DNA of 64,000 bases from the human T2T-CHM13v2.0 reference genome, Homo sapiens. Below the pieces are notes generated by a model. It ran no database searches, was not told the origin of the DNA, and worked only from the letters and a program-made list of their open reading frames with translations. Position 1 is the first letter of the stretch, and the number at the start of each line of letters is the position of its first letter. The position numbers and the translations under genes are program-made. This document shows positions 45,360 to 58,244 of this stretch, one piece after another. The stretch lies in NCBI RefSeq assembly GCF_009914755.1, contig NC_060929.1; one strand, 5' to 3'.

Positions 45360-45957
45360 GTAAAGGCTTACATAAGGCAATGAAAATGGGAGAAACACAC
45401 TCTTTACTCAGCCATTGTGCTTTCTGCCCAACTACCCAAGCCCAAGTAACCCTATGACAGTAAGTCAATGGACTAAAAACTCCTGTAGGTCATTTCATTG
45501 TATGATCATGACCCATTCTGCACAGGTTATTTGGCTTATTAATGTTCCACCTGCCTGTGCTTCAATTGACCAGAGAAACTCTTGTAGAAGAAACACTGAC
45601 TTAGCTTTAATTGTCCTCCAAATTTGATCCAATGAGCATTACAAGAGCTTCCAAAGTAAGTAATAGAGAATTCAGAGGAAATGGCTTCCCTGAATGCTAC
45701 TTTAAACATTTCATATTAGCAAATTCACTGACATAATTTCAGATATTCTCATTGAATGGAGAAACATCTTTACAAGGCACTTTTAGCGTCAAAAATGGAT
45801 GAGATGAGCTTCAATGAGTACAGTGGAAATTAGTTGTTTTGGTTGATCAGTAGCCGGTTTCCCTGTTTTTGTTCATTGCATCTTGATCTTCCTTGACAGA
45901 CTTACTCATCCTGACATTGCATGAAATTTTATGGACTCCCAATCAAGGGTCCACAAC

Positions 45958-46448
45958 TCTGCAGTCAGAGTTGGCCCCCAAGGATATCCAAATTCCAATC
46001 CTTGGAACTTGTGAATATATTATGTTAAATGGCAATGAAAATTAGGGCACATGAAAGTTAGGTTTCTAACTAGCTGGCTGTGAGATGTGGAGATTATGCT
46101 GGATTATCTGGTTGAGCCCAGTGTAATCACAGGGTCCTTATAAATGGAAGAGGGAGGCAGGAAAGTCAGAGTCAGGAAGGAGATGTGACAAAGGAAGAAG
46201 GAATGATGTAATTGCTGGCATTGAAGATGGAAGGGTCCACGAGCCAAGGAATGCAGGCAGCCTCTAGAAGTCAGAGAAGGCAGGGAAATGGGTTCTTCTC
46301 TAGAGGCTTCAGCAGCAGTGCAGACCTACCAACACCTTGATGTTGGCCAAGTGAGGCCTATTTCAGACTCCTGGCCTCCAGAAGTAGAAAGTAACAAATT
46401 TATATTGTTTTAAGTCACCACATTTGTGACAATCTGTTACAGCAGCCG
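45958..46448 (+). mobile_element. MLT1D-like LTR
   Basis: ggcccccaaggatatcc...gccaaggaatgcaggcagcctctagaag...tgttacagcagc. Confidence 0.85.
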
Positions 46449-48362
46449 CAATTTCCTGGCCCATTGTGGGCATGTCTCTGAGTGGGCTCCTCTTGGGATC
46501 AAAAAGCAAAAAAAAAGATAGAAAACAGTTGAACTTGATTCTGCTGGTGAGGCCACCCCAAAGCCACTGTCTACTAGTCCCTGATGCTCATATCCCTGGA
46601 GTCTTCCTGGGTCCTGCCTTTCCTAACTCCTGGCTTTTGGACATTTCCCTTTCTTTTATGGGCATGTCATATGGTTCCAACATGTGACTTTTCCTTTCCC
46701 CCTGGAAGCAAATCAGTGGTTTCTTCAACTTGTAACCAAAGATCGTAACTGATACAGTTCAGTCAGCTCTTTAACCTGGTTCTAGCAATGCCATTAGTTG
46801 ACTGTGCTATTAAACATACCTTTTCTGTGGGCCAGCTACTGTGCTCAGCACTGAGGATCAAATAATAAACAACAAAACCAGTTTCTACTACAAAGTGTTA
46901 CTGAGTAGCCAATACTGCAGACCCAATGCACATGAATCAAAGTCAAACTTACATGTATGAAAAAAAAAGTGTCCAGATAAAAAATAAAGAATATTATCTA
47001 ACTCAGACTGCAAATTTATCAAGTTCTATTGGCCATGGGGCAACATGAATATGGTAAAATCCATCCTCAATAAGTGAGTCATTAATCCTGCCCCCCCCAC
47101 CCTCCCTTCCTTTCTTCCTCATAGAGAAAATGTTTATGAGCCTCTATTTGATGCATTGAGCATAGAGAATACCAGACCAATTTAATGCAGACAAGCAAAG
47201 TCAGAGGATCTTGCAGTTCTGTGGTTCTAGGCTAAGGGCAGATGAATTAAGAGAGAGTCTCTATAATGAAACAAATGTTAAAATGGTTAGACTGGGATGG
47301 TAAGGTCAGGATCATGCCTGGGGAACACACTGCTGGGCCAAATGCCCAGGGACGAGCAGAAGCCGCTCAGGGGGAAGGTGGAGAAGGGGCAGTCCCAACC
47401 ACTGGGAGGTGTGACCTGGGCAGAGGCAGTCATACACACAGCAAGGTTCCAGGCTGCCAGGTGGATCAGAGAAGGGGAGCGAAGACCAGAAGAAAAGAAC
47501 CTTAGAAGATGAGACTGGAAAGAAAAGGAAAGCCAGGCCAGACAAGGTCTGTGTCCACTCTTCTGCATTCACACTCCTTAGATTATCTAAAAACTGACAA
47601 TGAAGTAAAATATTTTGTATGTGAGGTATGGACTTCAAGATCAGATTTGAATATTTTGGAAATATTAAAAATATAGCTTGAAAATGGCGTCGAACTCTCA
47701 GCAGAGCTATTATAAGGCTCTTGGGGTCGTCTGTGTATGCAACAAGCTCAAATGAGATGTAGAGGAGGGGATAAATTGGAGATGCAAGGAATTCACCTCC
47801 ACAGGCCTTTTGATAGACATAGGTTTTCCAAAATGACTCAACACAGCTTATTGTTAGAAAACAAATCAAATAATTTGTTAATAATAATGTATTAAAATTT
47901 CAATTAAAATAATTTTAAATTGTAAAATGCTATATGTTCATTACATCAGAATAGATCTGTTATACACTGTGGATTCTGTATTATTTCTTAATAACTAGAG
48001 TCAGTATAGAGATAGAAAGCAAAAGCTTGGGTTTTCTAAAAATCATGCCATGAAACTAGCACTGTAATGTTCAATTTTGGGAAATCTCATGACATATATA
48101 ACCAGGCCTTTTAACTATTTACCTTCTGTAATTAGGGCTCATGTTAGACATGATTTTTATGTTTCCATTGTTTGCACCAAATAATTAAATCACATTCCAG
48201 GAATCATTTATTTACATATACTTGCATTGTCAACATCCACTTGGCTGACTGAGGGAATGTGCACCCCATAGGGAGAAGTAAAACATTCCATAGGGATAAT
48301 AATGCAAGTTACAATGGTATTAGTGTTGGTGGCTCAGAGCCGCTTGATGTTCAAATGGGTGG

Positions 48363-48717
48363 TGATATCGTTTGGCTGTGTCCCCACCCAAATCTCATCT
48401 TGAATTTCCATGTGTTGTGGGAAGGACCCAGTGGGAGGTAACTGAATCATGAGGGCAGGTCTTTCCCGTGCTGTTCTCGTGAATGAATAAGTCTCACAAG
48501 ATCTGATGGTTTTAAAAAGAGTTTTCCTGCACAAGCTGTCTCTCTCTTTTTGCCTGTTGTCATCCAAGTAAGACATGACTTGCTCTTCCTTGCCTTCTGC
48601 CGTGATTGTGAGGCTTCCCCGGCCACATAGAACTGTAAGTCCACTAAACCTCTTTCTTTTGTTAATTGCCCAGTCTCAGCTTTGTCTTTATCAGCAGCGT
48701 GAAAACTAACTAATATA
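48363..48717 (+). mobile_element. THE1 (THE1A/B-like) solo LTR
   Basis: tgatatcgtttggctgtgtcccc...ctaatata, 5-bp TSD ggtgg on both sides. Confidence 0.93.
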
Positions 48718-50298
48718 GGTGGCTTGGGGCACTTAACTGACCCTCAATTTAGACCAGGGTGGTGCTGGGAGTCTCATCGAAGTCATGGAGGGAAGGCTTT
48801 CAGTCCTGTCTCACATAATAATAATAACACGCTGTGAATTCTATTTCTTATCTCCTCTCCTCCCTCCTGACATATGGTAACATAAAATTTCAAACCTACC
48901 TTGAATTTCAGGGCAATATTTCTAAGTCAGAAATGTTCACGGTAATAAACACCTCAGGAAAAGAGAACCAGGAAACTGATTGATCTCTGTACCATACAGC
49001 TATGGCCAGGAGTGTGGCATCTCCTTGCATGCCAGAGCTCACCCTGAGACCCACCCCACCCCACTGCACAACACTCCATCCATCTACATTGTCATCTGGG
49101 TCTTCGTGACTCCATGTAGTTAGTACACCAGCAGCATTAGCTATCATCTGGGAGCTCATTAAAAATAAAAAATCTCACCTTTCCCTGGACCTAATGAATC
49201 AGCATTGTAACAAGATGCTAAGCACATGTGAGGGGCACAGATATAGATGAATAGCATCTCCTAGAATTGAGTAATGTGCAACCTATGCAGCTGTGTATGG
49301 TAGCTCCAATCCCATCAGTGCTTCAATAGTGTTTTGATGGCAGGAAAACCATTGGCTACACAATGCCCATTAATTACTAGTAGGCCATGTGGTGGCAGGT
49401 GTGAGGTTGTGTGTGGGCATGTGTCTATGCCTCCATCTGTTCATATACACCCACTGCATCTCTCCAATTCCACTTCCAGAAATGCAGAACTCATGCCTGT
49501 GCACCTCTGTCCTAAGACAAAAGATCACTGAGTATGTGTCACACTCAAGAGATGGTTTAGAAATGAACCACGAACAAGAATTATATTCCCTTTGACAAGC
49601 AAGTTAGATGAACGCCCATTTTTTATCTTAGGGTCTTTTGGAAAACCTCCAATATAATGCTCATTAGCCCCTCCTTCATCATATTGAAAATGGATTCCTA
49701 GGATGCCTATCAAGGCAGACTGGCATACGGCACCATTCTGCTTGAGTCGATGCTAGGTTTTGACTGGCCAAGCACTGATGACCACTTTGAAGAAGAGGCA
49801 GAGGCAGTTGAGGTAAGCTCTGTATTTGGCAAATATCAAATGAGGAGCACTGGGAGGTCTGTTGACAGAGCCTTCATCGCTGTTCCCCCTGGCTAGACCA
49901 TTGTACATTATTTGGATAATATCTTTCAAATTATGTAAAAAGAAAAATGTATGGTAGATATAAATATTGTGTATATCTCATAGTTTTATTTGTCTGCTAA
50001 GAGAATATTCCAATAATGTATCACTAAATTCTTAACTGTAATACAAAAATTCTAGGTTGAAACAACAAACTCCTTCATTTCCACTAATAATCCAAAATGG
50101 GAGTTGACCTGCCTTATCACACTAATTTTTTTTTTCTAATTACAGCATTCAGCATGAAAAAGCTCTTACATGCATCTTTATGAAACTAAATGGAACAGGT
50201 TTTCTGTGGTCTCTTCATTAGTCTGTTGTCTTCCTGACAATCACTGCACAATATTAGGGCTGTATTATACTAAGTCATGAGCAGTAAGGGGCACCTAG

Positions 50299-50648
<350 letters not shown>

Positions 50649-51099
50649 GTGTTATTAAATAGCCAAAACATCTGAGACACTAAGAGACATTGCTGAAGTT
50701 CACATAACCAATGAGTAACTAAGCCAGACCCACACTGCATCTTGTGATCACATACTATCCCATGCTCATTGATAAAAACTACCTGCAATCATTTGTGAGG
50801 ACAAACCACTGCCACAGACGAATCACTGAGAGGTCCCAAGAGAAACGAAGCCTCCCTAAGGGTCCTGATGCCCAGTGTCTTCAGGATCCCAGTTCCTTCT
50901 CCATCTTTCAAACATGTGGGGAATTCAGTGACGAAATATTGCTGGGAGTTGTCTGGCCCAGACTTTTATTTCTGTAGGTAAGAGCTCCCCTCAGTTAACA
51001 TAATCCAGCCCATTTCTCATTAAGGGGAAAGAAGATAGTTTTTGTATTCTTTGTCTTTCCATAGACTATAAATAAGAGGCAACTCCCCTCAGAATCACA

Positions 51100-51200
51100 T
51101 CAGTGGTTCTCAAACTTCAATATGCATCCGAATCTCCTGGGGACCTTGTTAAAAATGGAGAATTCTAGGCATCAGACTCAGAACTTAAACCTTCTGAATT
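51100..51200. mobile_element. MER5-like DNA transposon fragment
   Basis: cagtggttctcaaactt...gcatccgaatctcctggggaccttgttaaaaatg. Confidence 0.7.
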
Positions 51201-52462
51201 CCTTCAGGGATCCAGTCCTGGGTCACTTTCAGGACTACCTGCTCTATGCCTTGCTTTGAAAACCCAGACACAGAAACCACAGTGAGGCTGAATCTCCAGA
51301 GGGAACTTTATGGGGTGCAAAGTTGGGGCCTCCAGAGGTCTCTCTGAAGGTGATGCGCACCAGGTCCCCAACAGTATTAACAGAAATGATATGGATAACA
51401 CACTTGAATTTATAATTAACTACAATAAGAGCATATCAGCAGAAGGCAATCATTTCACATTTGTAATTGCAAAAACTAAATTCTTAAAGGAATTTTGTGG
51501 TTAATATTGTATTTGAGCAATTCTCGTGATGTACTTAAAGTGAATATTATACATGCATATAAAGATAACTGTAAAACATAACATTCTTCTAGAGCTTAAA
51601 AATGGCAATTTATTCTACTAATAATTTTACATAATATCCATTTGCCTATATCACTGAAACAGACACTTAATTCACTAGAAACTGAATTCCATTAATGAAG
51701 GTTTAAGTATAAAACAAGATGGTAACCAGAGATACTAAGTGGACAGTACATATATGCAAATTAACACACACATAAAATATATGCCCCAGAATAAGCCATT
51801 CAGTTGAAATCATTACAGTATAAGTGATTAATAATTATATTTTCATATTTCAGTAATAAGATGATTTGGCCATTCATAAATATGTATAATTTTCTGTACC
51901 AACACTGTCGACACATAATTTGTTTTCCAACCCCACTGATTTTCTCCAGGCAGATGTATCATTTTCCAATTATAAAATTAAACATTCAACTTGAAAATAT
52001 GTTAGCAGTCTAATTCCAGTTTGAATAACTTTCTGTATATTTTCAGAAGTATATTCTGGTAGAATTCAGGGGGAAAGTATGGAATTCAAAATGGCTGATG
52101 AATTTAAAAGATGTAATCAGCCTCTGAGAAGTATTACCACCATGGGCTAAGTTGTGAAGAGGAGTAGAAGCTTTTAGGATAAGGGAAGTCATTGAAGAAA
52201 AGAAACAGAAACTCCCTAGGGCTTAGGAGACCTCACGGGCATCACAGACATAGGGAGAGACAGAAGAAGAATGGAAACCTGGTCTCTGTATTTTTCAAAA
52301 CATGGAACTAATATTTATGGGTTTTGATAGTAACTCACTATTCTAACCTTAACGTGAATACTCAGTACTGAACTAATAACACTTGAAGTAAACAGAATTA
52401 GAATATATAAGGATCCTGAAATACTACTGAAGATTCAGATTGTTACACGTGGTATTAAAACA

Positions 52463-52540
52463 GAAAAAAAGGAAGGAAGAAAGGAAGGAAGGAAGGAAGG
52501 AAGGAAGGAAGGGGTAGGGGTAGGGGAAGGGGAAGGAAGA
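52463..52540. repeat. Purine tract: (GGAA)n followed by GGGGTAGGGGTAGGGGAAGGGG
   Basis: Direct reading; 7 consecutive GGAA at 52483-52510 and four G4 runs at 52511-52532. Confidence 0.93.
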
Positions 52541-53240
52541 CTGTTCAATATGATGGATATATTTTTAATCTGAATGAATATTTCCCATCATTCAGGAACC
52601 TACTCATGCCTGCACAGTGATCACAAAAAACAGAGTAGGCTGACATCTTCCTATACTTTCCTGCACCCCTTCCCCTGAGGCAAATGTCTAGCCATCTGAA
52701 TTTGACCATGCTAGGACAGAGAGAACCTGTCCTGGGACTGTTGGATTTGGGGCGCAAAGGAGTCAGCCAATCCTTCTTCAATGACTACAAATATGATGCA
52801 AAGTTTGAGAACAGTGAGTAGATCAGAAAAGCAGACACAAAAAGAGAGAGAATATGTGTGTGAGAGAGAGACACAGAGACAGAGACAAAGAGACTGGGAC
52901 TTGGGGTGAGAAGAGAGACAGAGACTGAACACAGTAGGTGCCCAAAAAGGAGGGGGGGACTAGTTTCAGTTGCTTTCTGATACTCAGCTATGTTCCTCTT
53001 CTTGGTTATGAGAAACACAACTATATCTTATAAAACAAAACAAAATCACTTCTTTTCTTTAATGTATGTCCACTGGATTCTGTCAGAATCAAATATTCCT
53101 AGTAACATACTCATAAAATCACGATATACATATGAAATGGAAGGCTTTACATTATAAAAAGGAAAGGGGTCCAAATTACCTTTGATAGGGTCCAAATTAC
53201 CATCCTGGAAATAGCTCTATCATGAACCCACATTGTTAGC

Positions 53241-53428
53241 TTTTTTTTTTTTTTTTTTTTTTTTGAGATGGAGTCTCGCCCTGTCTCCCAGGCTGGAGTG
53301 CAGTGGCACGATGTCAGCTCACTGCAACTTCCACCTTCCGGCTAATTTTTGTATTTTTAGCAGAGGCGGGGTTTCACCATGTTGGTCAGGCTGCCCTTGA
53401 ACTCCTGACCTTGTGATCTGCCTGCCTC
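53241..53428 (-). mobile_element. 5'-truncated, internally deleted AluS with T24 tail
   Basis: TSD tgttagc at 53234-53240 and 53429-53435; the sequence jumps from ccaccttccg to gctaatttttg. Confidence 0.9.
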
Positions 53429-55592
53429 TGTTAGCCTTTTAGAATTTGAACATTTTTCAATGTTTAAATTATCTAATTAGTGCAGATCTACATTATAAAA
53501 TGAAAAATAAAGATAAGGAACATAAAGAAGAATAGAGTTAAAATACTTAAAAACACTACCATTTAGAGAAAAGTCAATGTTAAAGGGTTTTTTTAAATGA
53601 GAGATATATTTTTTCACAGACACAAACAAAATTCTACAATGTTGCTTTATCACATGTAGTCTTCTTTATCATTGTAGACCTCACTTAATACCTTCTCCTG
53701 ACCCCCGTCTATTTACATAATCATTTATGCAGTCACTGTAATAACTTTCTATTATCTATTACTTGATGCCTTATAATTTAGCTACCTGAGCTACTGTTTT
53801 GAATATTTAAGTTTTCTCTAATTTCCCACTATTAAAAGAGATTAGAATGGAAACCTTTGCTTGCTTGTTCACTTCCTTAAGATAAATTATTTGGGTTAGG
53901 ATCATTGCCTTAAAGACCTATACCACGTGAGGGCTTTTGAAACACTGAAAATGTTCACTCTGGGTAGGCTGTTGGATTTATGAGCTCAGCAGGCACACTG
54001 AAAAGCCATGTTAGGTACTAGGATTTTCTAGTCAAGTTTGCTGATCCAAAGGACAGTTACTTCATTGTTTTATGAGGCAAAAATGAACATTTTCCCCCAT
54101 ATCTTGGCCATGTTTACTTATTTTACAATTTGAACATGGTCCCTGCCTGTTCTAGGAGATAGCAGATTTTCTAATAGACTATTCCTTAAATAGCAGAAAT
54201 TGATTTTCTAACTAAATTAGAAGTTTTAATCTTAATTAATCTTAATTAAATCTTCAACTTTTTTCCTTTATTATTTCTGCTTTTGTTTTCCTATGATTAT
54301 ATAAATACCCTTTGTTTTATCTATTTCTAAAGTCGTATTTTTACACTTCGCATTAGATCACAATTGCATTCATTTTGGAAAAGAGTTTAAAGTCAAGTGG
54401 TAGGGCTTTTTGTCTCAGGTTTTTCTGTGGGAAAATTAATAATAAAAACAATAATATGAAATTTAGATAGGCGTTCTAACATGGGGTCCATAGAAGAGCT
54501 CACAGAGGACTTTGAATATTTTAAACCGTCTCTGAAAAGTTGAATGTGTATGCATTTGTGGATTTTACTAAGAAGTCCTAAAGCTTATATGAAATTCTCA
54601 AAGAGGTGTGTGAGCTCTTAATGGTGAAGAACTTTGATTTAAAGAGTAAACTATAGATTAAACACATAGCAGTCCTTTCCTTTAAAAAGGTGGTAAATCC
54701 CTTTTAATTTCAGAGGAGCAGACAGAGTCCTGTGATCTTTTGGCCACTGAAGTTTTTGATCCAATTGAATGTCACACAAAGCCCCACAGATACAAGCAGT
54801 TCTTCTGTTAAAGCCACGGTGGGGGAGTCCAGAAATCTGGGGCAGAATTTGAAAATACTGCATCAGAATATGATTCAAGGTGGCAAGATGTTCTATGAAT
54901 ACATCTTCTACCTCTTCAAATAAAAGTTTTCAGAATGACTCAACACAACTCAAATTTGTTATGGTTGTGGAGCCTGAAATAAATAATGCTGCAGATTAAT
55001 TAAGAGAAATGCATCTTTTTCTCAAAGAGCAGAAATATAAGATGACCCAGATCATCATCCATTATCAGACTGTCTGGCATTAGTGCAAAGCTGGAATGTC
55101 GATATCACAAAAGAAGCTCTTGTGCTGAACAGTTACTGTCAGCCATGAAATCAACCTCAAATGCCAGTGGAGCCCAATAAACACCAAAACTTCCTCTCAA
55201 TCATCTGTCAGTGCACCTATTTTAGGAAGTGACGGGAAACAATGCATCAACATATAAATTCAAATATATCTATGAATCCATACAAATGAAATGATTTTTT
55301 TTCCAAGCAGTAAAATCCAGGTCTTTCAGCTTTTCTGCTTTGTGCCATACAGGTATTACTATTAGGACTAATTTACACAATTAGTAATGATGCAAATTAC
55401 TAATAATATTGCTGAAAACACTTAATTATTTAATAAGTACAATAGTCAAATGAGTTGGACACTCCTGTGATACAGAATTAGTTATGCCAATGTAGCCTTA
55501 GCCCCAGATGCTATTTAAGTACAGAACTATCAAACTTATTTTTTCTTTACAAGTTTCCATATATAAGGACTTAGTAAAAAAGCATGCAACAG

Positions 55593-55919
<327 letters not shown>

Positions 55920-56277
55920 TCAATTTTAAAAGGAAATCATCATGTATTAATAGAAGTCATTAAATTCTTTTTTACTATTAAGAGAATGATCAATAGAAAC
56001 TATCTTTTAATATCTGCACTTCCTGTTCTGACCAATTTCTTAGAATAGATAAAATACTAAACATGTTGTCAAGAAAGAAGAGATCATACATTAATCTGTA
56101 GAATTGAAACTAGGTACCAAATAACATTAAGCAGAAGGAAATTCAAGTAGTTGTTTTACAAAAGAACTGAACTTTGACAGTTTGCCACATTTATTATTAA
56201 AAATACAAAGAAAAACTCATTGAGATATATTTCAAGCACACATCAATTTGCCTATTTTTTGACAGAGAATAAAACAA

Positions 56278-56634
56278 TGTTCTTGCGATAGTTTACTGAG
56301 AATGATGATTTCCGATTTCATCCATGTCCCTACAAAGGACATGAACTCATCATTTTTTATGGCTGCATAGTATTCCATGGTGTATATGTGCCACATTTTC
56401 TTAATCCATGAGATCACATGGACACAGGAAGGGGAATATCACACTCTGGGGACCATGGTGGGGTGGGGGGAGGGGGGAGGGATAGCACTGGGAGATATAC
56501 CTAATGCTAGATGACGAGTTAGTGGGTGCAGCGCACCAGCATGGCACATGTATACATATGTAACTAACCTGCACAATGTGCACATGTACCCTAAAACTTA
56601 AAGTATAATAAAAAAAAAAAAAAAAAAAAAAAAA
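56278..56634 (+). mobile_element. Short young L1 (L1PA2-type) with 5' inversion: antisense 56278-56408, sense 56409 to poly(A)
   Basis: Sense 3' UTR has gatgacGAGttagtggg and cttaAagtataat (non-Ta diagnostics) and a pure tail of about 25 A; the upstream part is the reverse complement of the ORF2 end (minus ORF WIKKMWHIYTMEYYAAIK). Confidence 0.93.
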
Positions 56635-56911
56635 TGATGGCTTTAGTCTAAAATACTGGTTGGTATGCCAGCCATGCTGATTACCAGATAGTCACATTTT
56701 TGCTTGCAATATGGAAGTAGTATGTATCTCAGTCTTGATTTAAGAAACACTTTTTTTTCAACTGGAGAATACAGTTTAATTTTGTGTTACCCCATGATAC
56801 CATTTTATTAGTACGATTTTCTTCAAGGACTCAAAAATAGCTCTGTTCATTAATCTGAGCACACAGGTAACTGCACATTAGTACAGTCCAACTAACTGAG
56901 CTTGTCTGCAT

Positions 56912-57170
56912 ATGGAAGACACATCCTTAACAACTAACGTCAAATACTGGCAATGTTCTAACTACATACAACACCGTTCAGCTGGAAGTGCAGTCACCAG
57001 CTTCTCACTTCTTACATCCAATCCCATCCTAGTTGTCCTTCTGTCTCTCAAAATGCACATCGTGTCTGACTTTATAGTCACAGTCATCAAAGACAGCCAA
57101 ACAGAGCTGGGCGGGGGGGCGGTGCGGGCAAGAAGACCTGTGTGAGAACTAACCACCTCTTTCAAAAGGC
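56912..57170 (+). repeat. Probable donor copy of a ~260-bp dispersed direct repeat (partner 60168-60434)
   Basis: Near-identical to 60168-60434. Confidence 0.95.
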
Positions 57171-57339
57171 AGAGAAAAGTGCGGTTTTTACCACATTAAC
57201 TTTTAGGAATTATTCTCCCATTCTGGCCTTACATAAAGATGATAGAATTTTAGTACACAGTTAAACAAAAGAGTGAAAGACATTTCCTAAATTCTCGGAG
57301 AACAAGAAAGGACTTGGGCATTTGAATTGACGAAAATTG

Positions 57340-57530
57340 GATATAAAATTCTCTTCTGCCACATATTAGCTACAGGACCTTGGAGAAGTCATGCAACTTT
57401 CCCTGAATATCCGTTTCCTCAAATATCCATTTCCTCATCTGTAAAATCGAGATAACACTAAGGACACTCCTGAGGATAAGACGAGAGAAGCACAGGAAGG
57501 TTCCGTAAGCACTCAATAACTGTCTAGCAT
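57340..57530 (+). mobile_element. MIR
   Basis: ccttggagaagtcatgcaac...tttcctcatctgtaaaat...aagcactcaataa. Confidence 0.7.
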
Positions 57531-57799
57531 GTCCCCCCATTGCACTGTCCCCAACTCTCTTGCTACTTGATATCACTTTATCTTGTCAAGGATCTCCCCT
57601 TGGAGTATTTACAGCTTTTCCCTAATGAATCAAAGTGTGCAATATCACAAGGAGAGCTTGCTCCTTCCCCTTCCTACAGAACTCAGGGAGGACTGCGGTT
57701 GCTCGTAAGGGTGCTGCTGCTTTCAGAGGAGTCAAAGGAGCGAAGCTCTGGGCCCCGGAAGGGACTCTGAGTAGAGTATGTGTCTGCAGCCTTGGGGCG

Positions 57800-58244
57800 C
57801 TGGGAGGAATAATATACCCCCGACATTTATGTCCACTGGAATCTGTGAATGTGACCTTATTTGTAAATAGAGTCTTTGCAGATATAATCAAGTTAAAATG
57901 AGATCATATTGGATTAGAGTGGTGCTAATACAAAGACTAGGGTCCTTATAAGAAGAGGGGAATCTGGACACAGACGCACACACACAGAAGACGGCCATAT
58001 GAAGGTGGAGGTAGAGGGTAGAGTATCCTGCCACGAGCCAACTCCAAGGATTGCTGGCAATCACGAGAAGCTGGAAGAGGCCACGAAGGATTCTTTCCTA
58101 GAGCCTTCAGAGGGAGCATGGGTGGCCCTTCTGACACTTGGGTTTAGAACTTCCAGCCTCCAGAACTGAAAGAGAATAAATTTCTAGTGTTGTACACCGC
58201 TCAGTTTGTGGTAATTGGTTACAACAGTAGTAGGAAACAAATAC
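57800..58244 (+). mobile_element. MLT1C-like LTR
   Basis: gaatgtgaccttatttgtaaatagagtctttgcagat...aataaatttc...ggaaacaaataca. Confidence 0.87.

Noticed and set aside
47312-47869. 185-aa minus-strand ORF, the longest non-L1 ORF
   Set aside because: No recognisable homology and a non-ATG start. It overlaps purine-rich L2-like sequence and has composition typical of a chance ORF.
50960-50985. Recursive-splice-like motif cttttatttctgtag|gtaaga
   Set aside because: It is on the + strand, antisense to CTNND2. The minus-strand AG|GTAAG candidates I saw (about 1475, 11710, 11883, 13294) lack good pyrimidine tracts.
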